Assembly (NCBI RefSeq): GCF_004010195.1 | Contig: NC_057750.1 | Location: forward strand, 5,253,516-5,317,515 | Direction: 5' to 3' | Length of the DNA: 64,000 nt | From: Chiloscyllium plagiosum | Lineage: Eukaryota | Shown: piece after piece, positions 12,903 to 26,566 of the stretch | Numbering within the stretch: the stretch's first letter is position 1 | Layout of the letters: every line of letters begins with the position of its first letter | Notes under the pieces: model-generated | What the model was told of the DNA's origin: nothing | The model's input: only the letters and a program-made list of their open reading frames with translations | The model's database searches: none | Made by a program: the position numbers and the translations under genes

Positions 12903-15499
12903 CTGCGCAGAGAACAAAAATGTGAATTAGAACACTAGAACAGCAAAACACTTAATACTTAGAAAACCAGTGCCTTTGTGATCAATCGAAAACCATATCC
13001 CCTAATCCCTTCTCTATGTAGGAACATCTTCCTTTGCCTTTCGAATCTATTTATGTTTGCGTCGATACTCTCCCAGTTAATTGATTTCACAGCTCACTCA
13101 TCCTTTGTGGAACCGCTTGGCTAGCTTAATAGAGTTTTACTGAAATCACCCATTGTCTCTCTGCCAGCATTTAGAGCAATCCATGCAAGTTCCATTCTCT
13201 TGTCATTCCTACACGTCCTACAGCTTTGTGAACAAACGTCTTTCTTTTGGTTTTGTGCTGAAATACTGAACAGCCTTTTACTTCAATCATATTATACACA
13301 CACATACACTCTTTAGAAAACCAAGGCCGCCAGAGAACAAGATCCTGACAACAAATCTTTGCACAGAGAATGCTGTAGATCACAAGATGTTCATGGATAA
13401 GGACCCCCATCTAAGAATAAATAAATTCTCCCCATAATGTCACACGTTCTAGTTTCTTTACTTCTTGAGGTTTTGACTCCATATCTGGCTTCAAGGGTTG
13501 ATTCCAAGAACTGATTATTTCTAGTGTAAATACCCATCTTAAAATTATCTTTTGAGTTTGAACCCATGTCACATGGGGCACTATAAACTGCCCAATGCTT
13601 ACTTTGAGGTTTAATACCGAATTAATTTTTGCCATATATCCAATGACAATTTAATATACTTTTAAAGAGAGCATCTTGCAGAGAATACCCTTTCAGGTGG
13701 AAAACCCAAGTTGCCCCTGCTTACTTCGACTTTAAGGGCCTAGGGACCAACACCTGGCTCTGCTCTACACAACCTCCACCACCTTAAACGTCTCCCTTGT
13801 TTCACAAAGACCGAAACCATACAGAATAGCTCATTGAACAAACCTACGTCCAGAACAGTCACGCTGCTGTCTTAGCAGAAAGGTTGGCTCCAACTTCTTC
13901 TAACTTGTTATTTAGTCTTGAGGCACTAACTTTACAGGGCAATGTTTTACACCAACTCTGCACCTTCAAAGTCTTGTTTCAAGCTTATCCTTAATCATTT
14001 AGATACTGCTCGCTTTGACTATGAAATGTATATATTTAGATACTGCATTCCACAAAAGAATGCAGTAAAAACATTCATAAAGTATTTTTTTCATTTTATG
14101 CAGCAAATGTTCTTTTTAACTGAATCCACTTGCTACAAAAGCACACTGGTTTTGAATTGGGCTTCCAGGTCAGCCTGCTGCAAGAGCAGATACAGTTGGA
14201 ACACTCCCAATTGGCCAACTAGGTTCTTGATAAAAGTAGGTTAGTCGCAATCCCACAGAACAATACTGGACAACAACGTGCATTTATATTTAGTACATTT
14301 AAAGTGTCACAACATCTCAAGGCACTTCACAGGAGCACAAAAAAAAAACTGACACACCATCACTTAAGGAGATTTCAGCACTAAAAGCTTGATCAAAGGA
14401 GTACACTTCAAATAAGATCATTAAAAGAGGCAAAAGAAGAGTTAGAGAGGTGCGGAGCGGGAACATAGGATTTAGGAGGAAGAGTAGGCCACCTGGTGCA
14501 TTGAGCTAGTTCTGCCATCCAGTAAAATCACAGTTAATATGGTTTCCTGTTGCCACCAACCTACCCCCTTCCCGGAGCCTCAGCAACTGAAGACACAACT
14601 ACCAAGAGTGGAGCAAAAGAAACAGGGATATTCAGAGGCCAGGCATAAAGGGAAGCAGAGTTCTTGGAGGGTAACAGGAGTTTGCCAATACAAGGAGTGT
14701 CAAGGCCACATACTTTCAAACAAAGGATCCATATTCCATTCAGTAACCATTCCTGACAGAGTGTTAATAAAAACCAAAGGTAATCCTAAGGCTTTAAGTA
14801 CAAATTACCACATAAATGCAAACTTTTAACAAATATAAAAATATGCCTCATTCCGTGCAACTTAGAGAAATGAACATCTGAGGTGGTTCCTCACACTTTA
14901 ATGCAAATTCAGTTTGTTTAAAATAGAGAATGCAATTGCTCATGCGCACATACAAAGCACCAGTGGGTTCTCATAACAACCATTTAAGTCTCTTAGGCAA
15001 ACTGTCAGTGTAGTGGCATTAAATTAAAGACTAACTTAAGCCAAGCCACGATCACAGCTCAATTAAAAGACTTTCATGTGGAACTTTCATCAAAGAACTT
15101 CTTGGAAGTCCAAGTGAACAAGCAAATTCAATTTCATTAACTTCTTAAAAAGTCATGATATATTTCATAAACATGAACATTCCTTTCAAGACTTTCTAAA
15201 AAAATTATTAGGTTATGTCTAACAGCTCTTTATCTCGCCCATCCCTTAGAAAGCTTCCCTTTGCCTCAGTAAACTTGTGAATCTGCTGGTGTCTGCTACA
15301 CATATAAGTATTACACTTCGTTGCTTCCAATGAAGGCTCAGAAACCTCCTCACGAGGGCATGCACTCCCAATGTGAAACAAGGCCTCAGAGCCACCCCCT
15401 AACCTAGTTAATCTGAGAAAGAAAGGAAATGTACTGGGCTTTAAATTAATTTGGGGGGAAGGGCGCAGGGGGGAGAGAAGAGGAGTAGGGAGTGGGGGT

Positions 15500-18025
15500 G
15501 TTTAGGAGAGGGGAAATATAAACTTGCAAAGCAAGAGATTATGATAGTATTACAGGGCAGCTATTTGGATAATGATACGCAGAACAGAACAGGAAAGGAC
15601 AGAGTATACAAAGATAGATATCAAAGGTAAATAGGGTCAAAGGGAAAAAACAACAGTAAACAGACAAAATTAATCACTTGAGCACACAGTGCTCGAAACA
15701 GCATTAAATGAATTAACAGCCCAAATACAGGTTAATGAGTAAGATTTTATAGCCATTAGGGAGACATGGTTACAAGGAGATCAAAGCTACATATTCAGGG
15801 TTAAGTAACTTTTCTAAGTATGGTCAGGAAAGGAAAGGTGATGGGATAGCTTTGTTATTAAGGATTGGAATACGTATGAAAGTAAGAAATGATAGTTAGT
15901 AGCTCACAACAAAGTTATAGCCCAGTGACAAAGAAGGATTCTAAGAAGGGATGAACCAAACATGGTAAACCAGGAAGTTAAGGACAGCATCAAATAGCAA
16001 GTAAAGAAACTTGTAACGTGGCAAAGATTAGAGGTCAGTCATAAGACTGGGAATGTTTGAAATATGAATAAAAGACGTCAGAAATTCAACTCTGTCTTAA
16101 CATTACTTGCAATTTAATCCTCAATCAGCGAGAGCTTTTTAAACATATGAAAATGAACATAGCGGCCAAAGTGAACATAGGCCTTTTTAGAGAATGAGGC
16201 TGAAGAAACAATAATGGGGTACCAGGAAATGGCAGAGGGGTTGAATAATTACTTTTTAATCAGCCTACACAGTAGAAAACACATAGTATTCCAAAATTAT
16301 GAAATAAATCAAAGGACAAAAGGAGGAGATGAAATAAATATAACTTTCACTAGCGAAAAAATACCAAGGAAACTAATGGGGCTAAAGACTGATAAGTTCC
16401 TTGGATCTGATGGGACGCACCCCAGGACATTATAAGAAAGTAGCCACAGAGACAGTGGATGTACTGGCAGTAATCTTCCAAGAATACTTAGTTTGTGGAA
16501 AAGTCCCAAACAAATTGGAAAACTGAAGTACCACTTTTATTCAACAATGGAAGGAGGCAAACAAAGTAACTTATAGGTCAGTTAGTTTAATATGTGCAAT
16601 TGGGAAAATGTTAAAGTTTATTATAAAGGATCTAATAGTAGAATTTTATAATATATAACATAATCAAGCACAGTCAGCATCATTTTCATAAAGGGCAAAT
16701 CATGCCTGACAAATTTCTCAGAAATCTTTAATGAGATAACAAGCAGGACAGATAAAAGAAAAGTAGTAGATGTAATGTATTTGGATTTTCAGAATGCATT
16801 TGATATGGTATCACATGTTAAGCTATTTCATAAGATAATAGCCCATGTGTTGGAGATGGTATATTAGCATGGAGACAGAATTGGCTAATAGGCCTCATAA
16901 ATCACAAAAAGCTATCATGTAAATTCAGCAGGCAAATAGACTGATGGCCTTTACTACAAAGGGAATGGAATATAAAAATAGGGAGGTCCTGATAAAACTA
17001 TACCAAAAGAAATAGGAACAAGAGTAGGCTGCTTGAATCCGCTCTGCCTTTAACAGGATGGCGGCTGATCGGACCCTTTTCACATCCACTTTCCTGCCCT
17101 TTTCCCATAACCCTGGATTGCCCTACAAATCAGGAATCTATCTCAAACTTAAATATACACAAAAACTCTACTCCCACAGCTCTCTGTGGCATCGAGTTCC
17201 AGAGACTCTCAACCCTCAAAAGGAGAAATTCCTCCTGTTTGCAGTCTTAGATTGACACCCCTTAATTCTGAGGCTATGCACCCAGTCATAAATCCTCCCA
17301 TGAGGGGTAAACAATTTTCAACATTACTTGTTAAGCCTCTTAAGAATCCTTTTTTTTTTAAAAACGTGTTTACCTCTCATTCTTATAAATTCCAATGAGT
17401 AGAGTCCCAGTCTTTTTAACTGTTACTGTTAAGATAATCCCTCTATACTGGGATTCAACAACCTTTTTTTGAACCACTGCAATAGAAAGCACTATCTAGA
17501 ATATGTGAATAGTCTGGTCCCCTTATCTAAGGAGAGATGTACAGTTGTATTAGAGAAATCTGGAGAAAGCTCACGAGATTGATTCCAGATACGAAGAGAT
17601 TACCTTAAGAGGGGAGATTTTGTACGTTGAGCCTATACTCAGTTTAGAAGGAGGCAACCTTATTAAAACATATACAATTATTAGGGGACTTGACAGGGTA
17701 AATGCAGAGGCATCTCCTCCTTGTGGGAGTGTCTAGGATCAGAGGACACATTCTCAGAATAAAGGGTCATCCAATTAGGACACAGATGAGAAATGACTTG
17801 TCCCAGAGAGTTGTCAACCTGTGGAATTCCTCACTGTAGAAACTGAGTAGTTAAAGAATATGGTAAGCTGAGACAGACAGGTTGCTATATCAGTAAAGAG
17901 ATCAAGGATTATGGGTAAAAGGTAGGAAATGGAGTTGAGGACTATCAGATAAGGCATGATCTCACTGAATTGTGTAACAGATTCAATGGGTCAAATGGCC
18001 TTCTTCTGCACCTATGTCTTATCAT
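15500..18025 (+). mobile_element. Old fragmented CR1 LINE (endonuclease to 3' end) with an antisense CR1 tail inserted at ~17005-17480
   Basis: Decayed motifs: LKTDKFLGSDGTHPRTL, aaatcatgcctgacaaat, gtatttggattttcagaatgcatttgat (YLDFQNAFD). Confidence 0.7.
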
Positions 18026-18869
18026 CTTAAGCCCTATTACTTCAATCAGTATTTGAAACCACAGTTCAGTTTGAAAGGGGAAAGTTATAACCCACTTCAT
18101 GCCAGAAGCCAAAAACAATGATGTTACAGATTGAAGTAAAATATGGAGTAATTCCACAGTAAGTCAAACCAAATGGCAGATAGTAACTTTGCCATCATAG
18201 AATGATACAGCACAGGAAAAGACTATTCAATCCTTTATGTAGGACTCTTTTGAAAGAGCTACCCAATTAATTCCACATTCTCCATTTTTTCCTCATAATC
18301 CTGCAAAATTTTCTCTTTCCAGCATTGATTCAATTCCCTTTTAAAACGGAATCTCTTCCCAGCACCCTTTTAAGATGGTGCATTCCAGATCATCACCATT
18401 CACTACATGATCATTCCCCTTCTTTTTGCCATTCACCTTATGTCTATGTCCTCTAGTTATGAAACCTTCTATTCTAATGTTTCTCTCTTGTTTTGCTTCA
18501 ATATTTCAAGCAGTTTTATCAAATCTTATCAGTGTCTCTATTCTAAGAGACAGCAACTCAAAGTTTCTCCCAACAGTCTTTTTATCCCTGACATAATTTT
18601 AATAAATCTCCACTGCAATCCCTTGAAGCTCTTCACATCATTCCTAAAGAATAGTGCCTAGTAAAGGAAGGAAAATTTCAGTTGGAGTATAAGCAGTGTT
18701 TTGTTAAGGTTTAATGTTACCGCCTTGCTTTTGCGCTTTCAGCATCTCTTTGTAAAGCCCAAGGATCTCATTTGCTTTTAAACAACCCTACTAATTTGAA
18801 TTGTTAAGATTCCACTGATCAATCCTGTCCACACCCACAGAACATCAACAACTCCTTTTCCACCCTTAC

Positions 18870-19934
18870 CTTGTGCCAGCATATCAAACTCAATGAAGAG
18901 AGCTATATGGAACAGCTCCATAGCGCTTTCCAGTCGGGTCTCACTGTCCTTCCCAGATTCATCCTGCACTTCTCTTAAGCTGCCAGTTGATGGGCTGAAA
19001 GGCAGAACCAAGTCCAGATCAACCAGGTCCGTGTACATGCAATGCAAAATAACTTTTGCATATTTCTTTGGAATGATTGCTTCGTTCAGCACAATCCTAG
19101 CTGGAGTCTGCAAGGTCCGGTCTGTGGTTTCTTCACCGGTGCGAATGCGCTTCTGGAGGAGGTTGCGGAAGAATGGAGAACGAGCACACAAGATGGCCTT
19201 GTGACAGCGGAACTCTCCCTCTAAGCAGCATCCTTCAAAGTTGTCAGACGCATCGGGGTTAGAGGTAAAGCTTAGGACTGCATCATAATAGCAGGAGCTC
19301 TCCAGGAGACTGTAGATATCGAAGTGAAGTGCATTGGGCATCCCGAACTCTTCGCTGAGACGGACCAAAACGTCAACGTTCTTAATTTGGGAATCTTGCA
19401 TGCCAAATTCTCCACTATACAAGTAGTGCAAAAGAGATGACAGTATTTGCATGTCTATTCCAACAGTGCTGATGTCCATGACGAGCTCAGCACGGTCCAG
19501 GTTGGACAAGAGGAGAGTTTTGAAGAAAGGACACCGGGCTGCCAATATAGCACGGTGTACAGGAAAGCACGTACCTTGGAATACCAGGTCCACATCTGTA
19601 CAGTACTTGAACTGATACAACTTGGCCAGGTCTTCATTTAACCGGCTGGCCTCTGGCCTGGCTACACACGCCTGAATCACCAGTTCCTTCACAGCTAGTG
19701 CGGCTTCATACTGCTTCACCAACAGACCTACATCACGCACGTCCCAACTGCACAGGAGCTCGCGCATGTGTTTCGCATGGTCAGCCGCCTTGGCTGACTT
19801 CCGCCGCCTAAAGAGCTTCTTCTTCAGCAAGGCGAGGTTAGAGCTCCGCTTCTTCTCACGTTTATCCTGGCTGAATCCAGAGATGCAGAACTTCCCCTCT
19901 GGCTGACATCCAAACTGAGGATGCGAAGGAGATT
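18870..19934 (-). CDS. BTBD7: BTBD7-like gene, large exon 3 (1065 nt) encoding two BTB/POZ domains
   Basis: Open frame with basic stretch LKKKLFRRRKS, BTB1 (YCTDVDLVFQGTCFPVHRAILAARCPFFKTLL) and BTB2 (HKAILCARSPFFRNLLQKRIRTGEE). Acceptor ttcttggacag at 19935-19936, donor AG|GTAAGG at 18869, phase 1 to phase 1. Confidence 0.95.
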
Positions 19935-22900
19935 CTGTCCAAGAAATAAATTAATAACAGGTTAGATTAGATGCCAAAAGCATAACAGAACTAGAGTGTG
20001 TTTTGCTGCAACTGAGTTGAGTGATAAAATATTATTAGTGTGCCAGATAGCCCCGAGAGTCTATTCCACTATTCAATAAGATAACCACTCGTGGTTTTTT
20101 TCACCTAATGTGATCCGCTTGCTTTGGCACCATATCCTCATCTAGTAATAATCATCAATCTCATATTTAGAACGATTGAGTTAACTGGAATTTGCTGATT
20201 TTTGTGGGAGAAAATTCTACACTTGCACCAACCTGTGTGAAGAAATGTTTCCCGCTTTTGCTCTTGAAGAATGTGGTTCGGGTTTCAAACCCATGTCCCA
20301 AATTATTCACGAGCAGAAAAAGTATGTCTTTAGCAAATCTTTTCATAAAGTCCTTAAAAAGTCAAATCAGGTCACTTGAGCTTCTCTATCAGGAATGACA
20401 AGCCTCTCCTTATAACCCAGCCTTAGCAACATTTGGTGAGTCAAAGGAACTCAAAAGTGAGAGCGCCTCTGTTCTATGGGATCTTTTGCATCCGAGGCAG
20501 GCATGGCCTCGGTCTAAAGTCTTAATTGAAAGAAGGGTTCCCCAATGGCAGCACTCCCTCAGTACTTCACAGAGTTGAAGTGCTGAATCCCTAAAGTGGA
20601 CTTGAATCCTGATACTATGGGGTGCTGCAACAGTGCAAAGAATGGCTGTGATTTGGAAAAACACACAGAGGATTGCACAGTCCCTCAAGCCTGCTCAGCC
20701 ATTTAAGAAGATCATGACCAAGCCTTGACATTAACTACATTTTCTTCCATCTGATCCCCATCTCCCCAATTCCCTCTGGAGTCCAAAACCTTACTGCACC
20801 CAGGGTTGAAAAATCCAAAGACTGAGCGCCCAGAAATCTAAAATTCACAACCCTTCAAGTGAAGAATTTTGTCTTCATTTCAGTATACAATGCCCTATTA
20901 TCCTGAGACCGCACTGCTTAGTTCTAGTCTCCTCAGCCAGGAAAACACTCAATATCAATCGGGCCAAGCCTTCTTCAGAATCAATAAAATCACCTCCCAC
21001 CTTGAGAAGGTATAGGCTCATCCCACACAATCTTTCCTCACAGGCCAACTCCTTGATTCCAGGGACCAATCTGGTGATCCTGTGCTGGCCTGTATCTCCT
21101 GCAAGTATATCCTCCTTTTAATATGGAGACAACAATCTCTCATGGATATTTGGATGTGTTTGCCTGATTTTTCCTCTGATTCTTTTTAGTTACCTCTTTG
21201 TAGTCCCCTAAATGACAAGCATTTCCTTCCTTAGGTATAGCAACAGATTGCAGAATGGTCCAGGTGTGGTCTCACCAAAGCTCCGTACATTGCAATTAGA
21301 CTTCTTTACTCCTGTACTCAAACCCCACCCCTCCCAAAAAAAATCTCTTGCAATAGACCCCAACATACCACTTGCGCTTCCTAAACTGCTCGCTGCACTT
21401 GCAAGGTAATCTTGCCTGTTTGGAGACATACAATTAAAAAACAACATATTGGGGAGATTTAAAGGAAAGATAGAATTTCCTTTGCTTAAACTGTCATTAA
21501 CTTAGAGAAAAAAAAGTCAGAACTCTCCACTGGTTCTACAAGTTCTTCCAATTTTGAGGAGCTGGAAAAAGAAGAAATCTTTATTTTGTTCCTCCCACAC
21601 TGTCGTGCACCGTTTCCAATTCTGTTAAATTCATAATCAAACACATGCTGAGGTTTTTGGCGCAGGGACAAGCCTTCCATCTGCAGTTGCTATATTCAGC
21701 ACTCAAGAACATTAGCTCTCATTTTCCACATGCCATTGATCAATCAGCAAGGCGCTTGCTGCCACGTCGATCACCCCTCCCCCACAACTACCACCACCCT
21801 CCTCCCCAACCCCCGCAGAGCTCCTCTTACTGAAAGACCAAGGGTGCCTCATGAGTAAGTGCTGCCAGTCATTTACTTGGGCACCAATGCAGAAACTGCA
21901 ACATTTGCTTCATGAACCTTTTCCCTTGGTGATGACTGATTCTCAAACTAGTGCTCATTAGGAGAGAATTAATCAAATCAATTCTGAAAGGGGCAGTTTT
22001 AAGCTGCCCATAAGATACTAGATTAAAACTATTTAAATTCATTCCACGCAGAGCCCATGATCTCTGAAGAATTTTGCTGTGTGCAGGCAGTTCCTTTCCT
22101 AATAACCAGTACCTTTAAAATTTGAAGATGACATACTCAGCAGGTCAGACAGCATCATAACTGATGAACGGTCATCATTGACATGAAATGTTAACTCTTT
22201 CTGCAAAGGCACTGCCTGACCTGAAATTCCCATACTGCTCAGCAAGTCGGGCAGCAAATATAGATAAACAGATTTAACGTTTCCGGCCGATGATGACCTT
22301 ACATCAGATCGGAAGCTTCTGGACCACGTTCAGCACCTTCTGTTTTCATTTCCACTTTCTTGCATTTGTACCCTGAAATGGTTTTCAATATTCAAGGCAG
22401 GCACAATGTTTCACGTGCAACAAAGTCAACATGATAACTTTTAGGCTACAGCGTAAACACGCAACTCAATAGGAACACTGTGTACGATCCTCACCTGCTG
22501 ATAAAGACACATCTCACAGCGGTCTGAACTAAATATGAAAGCCAATTTGAGAGTTTGAAGTTCAGTGTCTAATGCACAGCACCACACACAGCATTATTTA
22601 TTCCTAGTCATAAAAAAGTCACAGGCAAGACATATTCTACGGCTAAAAAACACAAACTTATGAGGCCTGAAGCCCAAAAGGAAAATTAAACATCAGAGAA
22701 AACAAAAATATACACACTCATAGTACACAAGTTGGAGCTTGCTCCAAAGCAGTAACACATCAAAAGATTAGAGAAATAGAATGAATCTCAGCAAGGAATC
22801 GCAAAGAGACCAGGTGTAATCAAGTGATTCATTCAATCCCTGAAATATTCTTTATTTATGGAGAAGTCTAATCTGTGGAAGGGCTGCTATTATTTCCAGT

Positions 22901-23454
22901 AAGTTCTTGTTTGCTTCAAAAACACAGCATATGGTGGACTAAGGCATCAGATTAACATGATTCAGTCTGTGCTATGAACTAAGTCAATATGGTGCATAAT
23001 TGTTTTTAAAATTACCTGGTCATCCATCTTATTGTTCCATGTGTGGTGCTGTTCATGCAGAAAGGCTACTGCATTTAGCTGCACAATAAGAGTAACTCAA
23101 TGTGGACAGGGCATTTATAAACAGAAGAGGTGAGGCAATTATCAATTTTAATCAACAACGATTACTGCCCAGGAAGACAAGTACTGTACACACTTTGACA
23201 TTAGCTGAGGATTGAACCTCATTTTTCCTAACAAGAGTGAAATACCCTGGGAAATGTGATACACAGATTCATGCATAAAAAAACAGCCATCTGGACAAGA
23301 CCAATATTGAAAAGAACTTTTTTTTTTGTAGCTCCCTTCACAACCTCATTACTTCTCAAAGTGCTTTACAATCAAAGTGATTTTGGGAGCTGTAATCACT
23401 GTTAGCATGCAGGAAACACACACAACAAGATCCCATAAACAGGCACTAAACAGA

Positions 23455-23895
23455 ATCATAGAATCTCAACAGTGTGAAAGCAGGCCATTCAGCTAACGCG
23501 TCCACACCAGCCATCTGAAGAGCACCCCACCCAGACTCACCCCCCCTACCCCACTGCTGGATTCCCTTTGGTCAATCCACCTAGCCTGTACATTCCTGAA
23601 CAATATATGGCAATTCAGCACGGCCAACCTGCACATCTTTGGAATGTGGGAGGAAAGGAGTTGAGACTGTGGCGCTGGAAAAGCACAGTAGGTCAGGCAG
23701 CATCCGAGGAGCAGGAAAATCAATGTTCTGGGCATAAGCCCTTCATTAGGAAGGAAATGTGGGAGGAAACCAGAGCACCTGGAAGAAACCCATGCAGACA
23801 CAGGGAGAATATGCAAACACCACACAGATAGTCGCCCGGGGATGGCACTGAACCGGAGTCCTGGAAGGCAGCAGTGCTAACCACTGAGCCACTGT
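23455..23895 (-). mobile_element. V-SINE (HE1-like) with a family-A PLE fragment inserted at ~23657-23755
   Basis: Minus strand has the tRNA head gtggctcagtggttagcactgctgcc and V core tttgcatattctccctgtgtctgcatgggttt. TSD aatgtgggaggaaa at 23643-23656 / 23756-23769. Confidence 0.85.
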
Positions 23896-24181
23896 GATGC
23901 TCTTTCTAAAATAAAATATCAGGAACTAAATTTGGGATTATCCAGTCTCCGAGACATACTACCATATCACATGGTGTAGAACCGTACAGGAGGCCATACA
24001 GCTCACTGCACTTGTTCTTGCTCAAACAGTCTTTCTCCAGGAGAGAATGGGATGGGATAGAAAGATTGGAGAGGTGATAAAAATAACATTAATCACAGCA
24101 CCTCTGATATGAATTGCTTGCACCATCAAGTTGCTAGCAGTTAGAATGAAGTGTCAGATTTACAAAGCTCACAGTGAAGTT

Positions 24182-24397
24182 AGTTGAAACTTTATTGCTG
24201 GAACAGCACAGCAGGTCAGGCAGCATCCAGGGAACAGGAGATTCGACGTTTCGGGCACAGGCCCTTCTTCTTCCTGAAGAAGGGCCTGTGCCCGAAACGT
24301 CGAATCTCCTGTTCCCTGGATGCTGCCTGACCTGCTGTGCTGTTCCAGCAATAAAGTTTCAACTTTGATCTCCAGCATCTGCAGACCTCACTTTCTC
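24182..24397. mobile_element. Young fold-back PLE (family A) with perfect 89-bp arms
   Basis: 24182-24270 is the exact reverse complement of 24276-24364. 17-bp TSD ctcacagtgaagttagt at 24168-24184 / 24398-24414. Confidence 0.92.
24271..24304 (+). ncRNA. Minimal hammerhead ribozyme motif
   Basis: ttc-CTGAAGA-a-GGGC-ctgt-GCCC-GAAA-cg-TC-gaa. Stem I is TTC/GAA. Confidence 0.72.
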
Positions 24398-26099
24398 CTC
24401 ACAGTGAAGTTAGTCTGATTCACAATATAAAACTACATTTTGGGACACAGCATAACTGAATTTATTGTCCATTCATCGTTACTGAAGTGGTGAGCCACCT
24501 TCTTGAGCCACTGTGGTCAAAGTACTCCAATAATACTACAGTAGTACCTACATAGAACATACAGCACAGAAACAGGTTTCTCAGCCCAACTAGTCTGTGC
24601 CCAACTGGAGTATATTTCCTCATCTAAATCTGCCATCATAAACCTCTACTGCCTGGTCCTCATAGGTTTGTCTAGCCTTCCCTGAAATGCTATAATTCTA
24701 TTCAATTTAAACTATCCCTGTGGTAATGGGTTACGCATTTTAATCACTCTTAGGTAGAGAAGCTTCTTCTAAATTCCCTGTTGAATTTCTTTGTGAGCGA
24801 CTTAAATTGATGGCCTTTAGTTATGGTTTTTCCCCAGAGAAAGGAACATTCTTTCAGCACTCGCTCAATCAAAATCTGTTATTTTATAGAACTTCATTAG
24901 GTTCCTTCATTTTACAAGAGAAGAACCATTCATCAAAGCATCACAACAATGACTATCAGGAAACCAGGTCATCTAAGTAGCACACCAAAACCAAACCTAA
25001 ACATGCCCTCATGTGCACCTTGTAATAAAAGAAGGAAATAATGCATCATTATTGGATAGCAATCAATAATGACACGTCCTCTCCCATATTGTCAATACAA
25101 CATTATCATCCCTCCGAGTAGCCCAAATGGGATTAACTATTTCATATTTAGCTGCAGTTCAATATGAAGCTCCCTCATCTTTGGGTCAGCAGGTGGTATG
25201 TTTGGCCTCACTCCAGAAAATTGAGCACTAATGGGAAAATCCTGCAATTCTGAGGTGACATATTTGGGATGATATCCTAAAGTGAAGCTCCAACAGCTAT
25301 CTGAAGTTTAGGCAAGAAACCCCTCAGCACTATTGTAAAGATCAACAGGAGGTATTCTCCAGTGTCCTGTCCTATATTTACACCTCAGCCAACATGATCA
25401 AGGAATAGATTTTTTGACATTATTACAATGCTGTTCATGGGGGTTAATTGTGTATCAGTTGGATGGCATCTTTGCTACACTACAAATAATTAATAGACTT
25501 GGAAAAAAAGGTATTCTCATTGGCTGTAAAGAACTTTGGAGATGTCCTGATGCTGTGAAAGGCAGAATTTAAATGCAACTTTTTAAACAAAATACAAGAG
25601 TTAAATCTGGGATCATCCAGTCTGGAAAGTTTGTTACATTACATGACATTGAAGAATGCCAAGAAGTTCACTGTGCCCATGCCTATCCTTTCTAGAGTCT
25701 TCCCTGCTCCTTTTCACATAGCCCTGAAAACAGATCTTTTAAAAGCTTTTAAATCCAATTCCTTTTTGAAATTTACTACTTAACCTGTTCCCTCTTGGGG
25801 AGTGCCTTCCAGATCACAGCAACCTGCTGCATCACAAAAGAATTTCTCCGGGAATTTTGTCAAAATTGTTAAATCTGGATCATCTAGTTATCAATCTGCC
25901 GACGAGAGCAAACAATCTCTCCCAAGTACTCTTAACTAATTCTCTCAATTTGAACACTGCACTTATTTTATTAACCCTTGACATTCTTTGCTCTAACTCG
26001 ACATTTATCAAATCTTTACCCAGTAAAAAACCAGAGAATTAGTAATAGGAACATGCACTTTGAAAAGCTGCTGTATCGGGAGTCACATCTGGACAGAAG

Positions 26100-26532
26100 G
26101 CCATTCAGCCCCTTGAGCCTGACTTGTTATTCAATAAGACCATTGCTCCTCTCTCTCACACAAGCAGAAGTCACACGATACCAGTTTATAGTGCAACAGG
26201 ATTATTTGAAATCATAAGCTTTCGGAGCACTGTTTCTTTGTGAGGTGAAGTCCTTAAGTAGTGCTCCGAAAACTTGTGATTTGAAATAATCCTGTTGCAC
26301 TATAAACTGGTATCGTGTGACTTCTGATTGTGAGAATGAGAGGAGCAATGATCTTACTGAATAACAGGTCAGGCTCAAGGGGCTGAATGGCGCTGTGCGC
26401 TGTTTCTTTGTGAGGTAAAATCCTTAAATGGTGCTCCAAAAGCTTGCGATTTCAAATAAACCTGTTGAACTATAAACTGGTGTCATGTGACTTCTGACTT
26501 TGTACACCCCAATCCAACACTTCCACATCATG
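26100..26532. mobile_element. Complex family-B PLE insertion: inverted repeat (26100-26231 / 26260-26391) plus a third tandem copy (26399-26532)
   Basis: Direct comparison of the arms. The arms include ~60 bp of non-PLE flank. Confidence 0.8.
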
Positions 26533-26566
26533 GCCCCTCTCTCACAACATGAAATAAAATTCTTAC

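Noticed and set aside
18778..19830. 350-aa ORF as a stand-alone intronless gene or retrocopy
   Set aside because: It is an internal exon with canonical splice sites at 19934 and 18870. The TTG start and the tail after LAQG are artefacts of reading an exon as a whole ORF.
24169..24378. Near-identical ORFs on both strands
   Set aside because: A direct result of the perfect palindrome, not coding.
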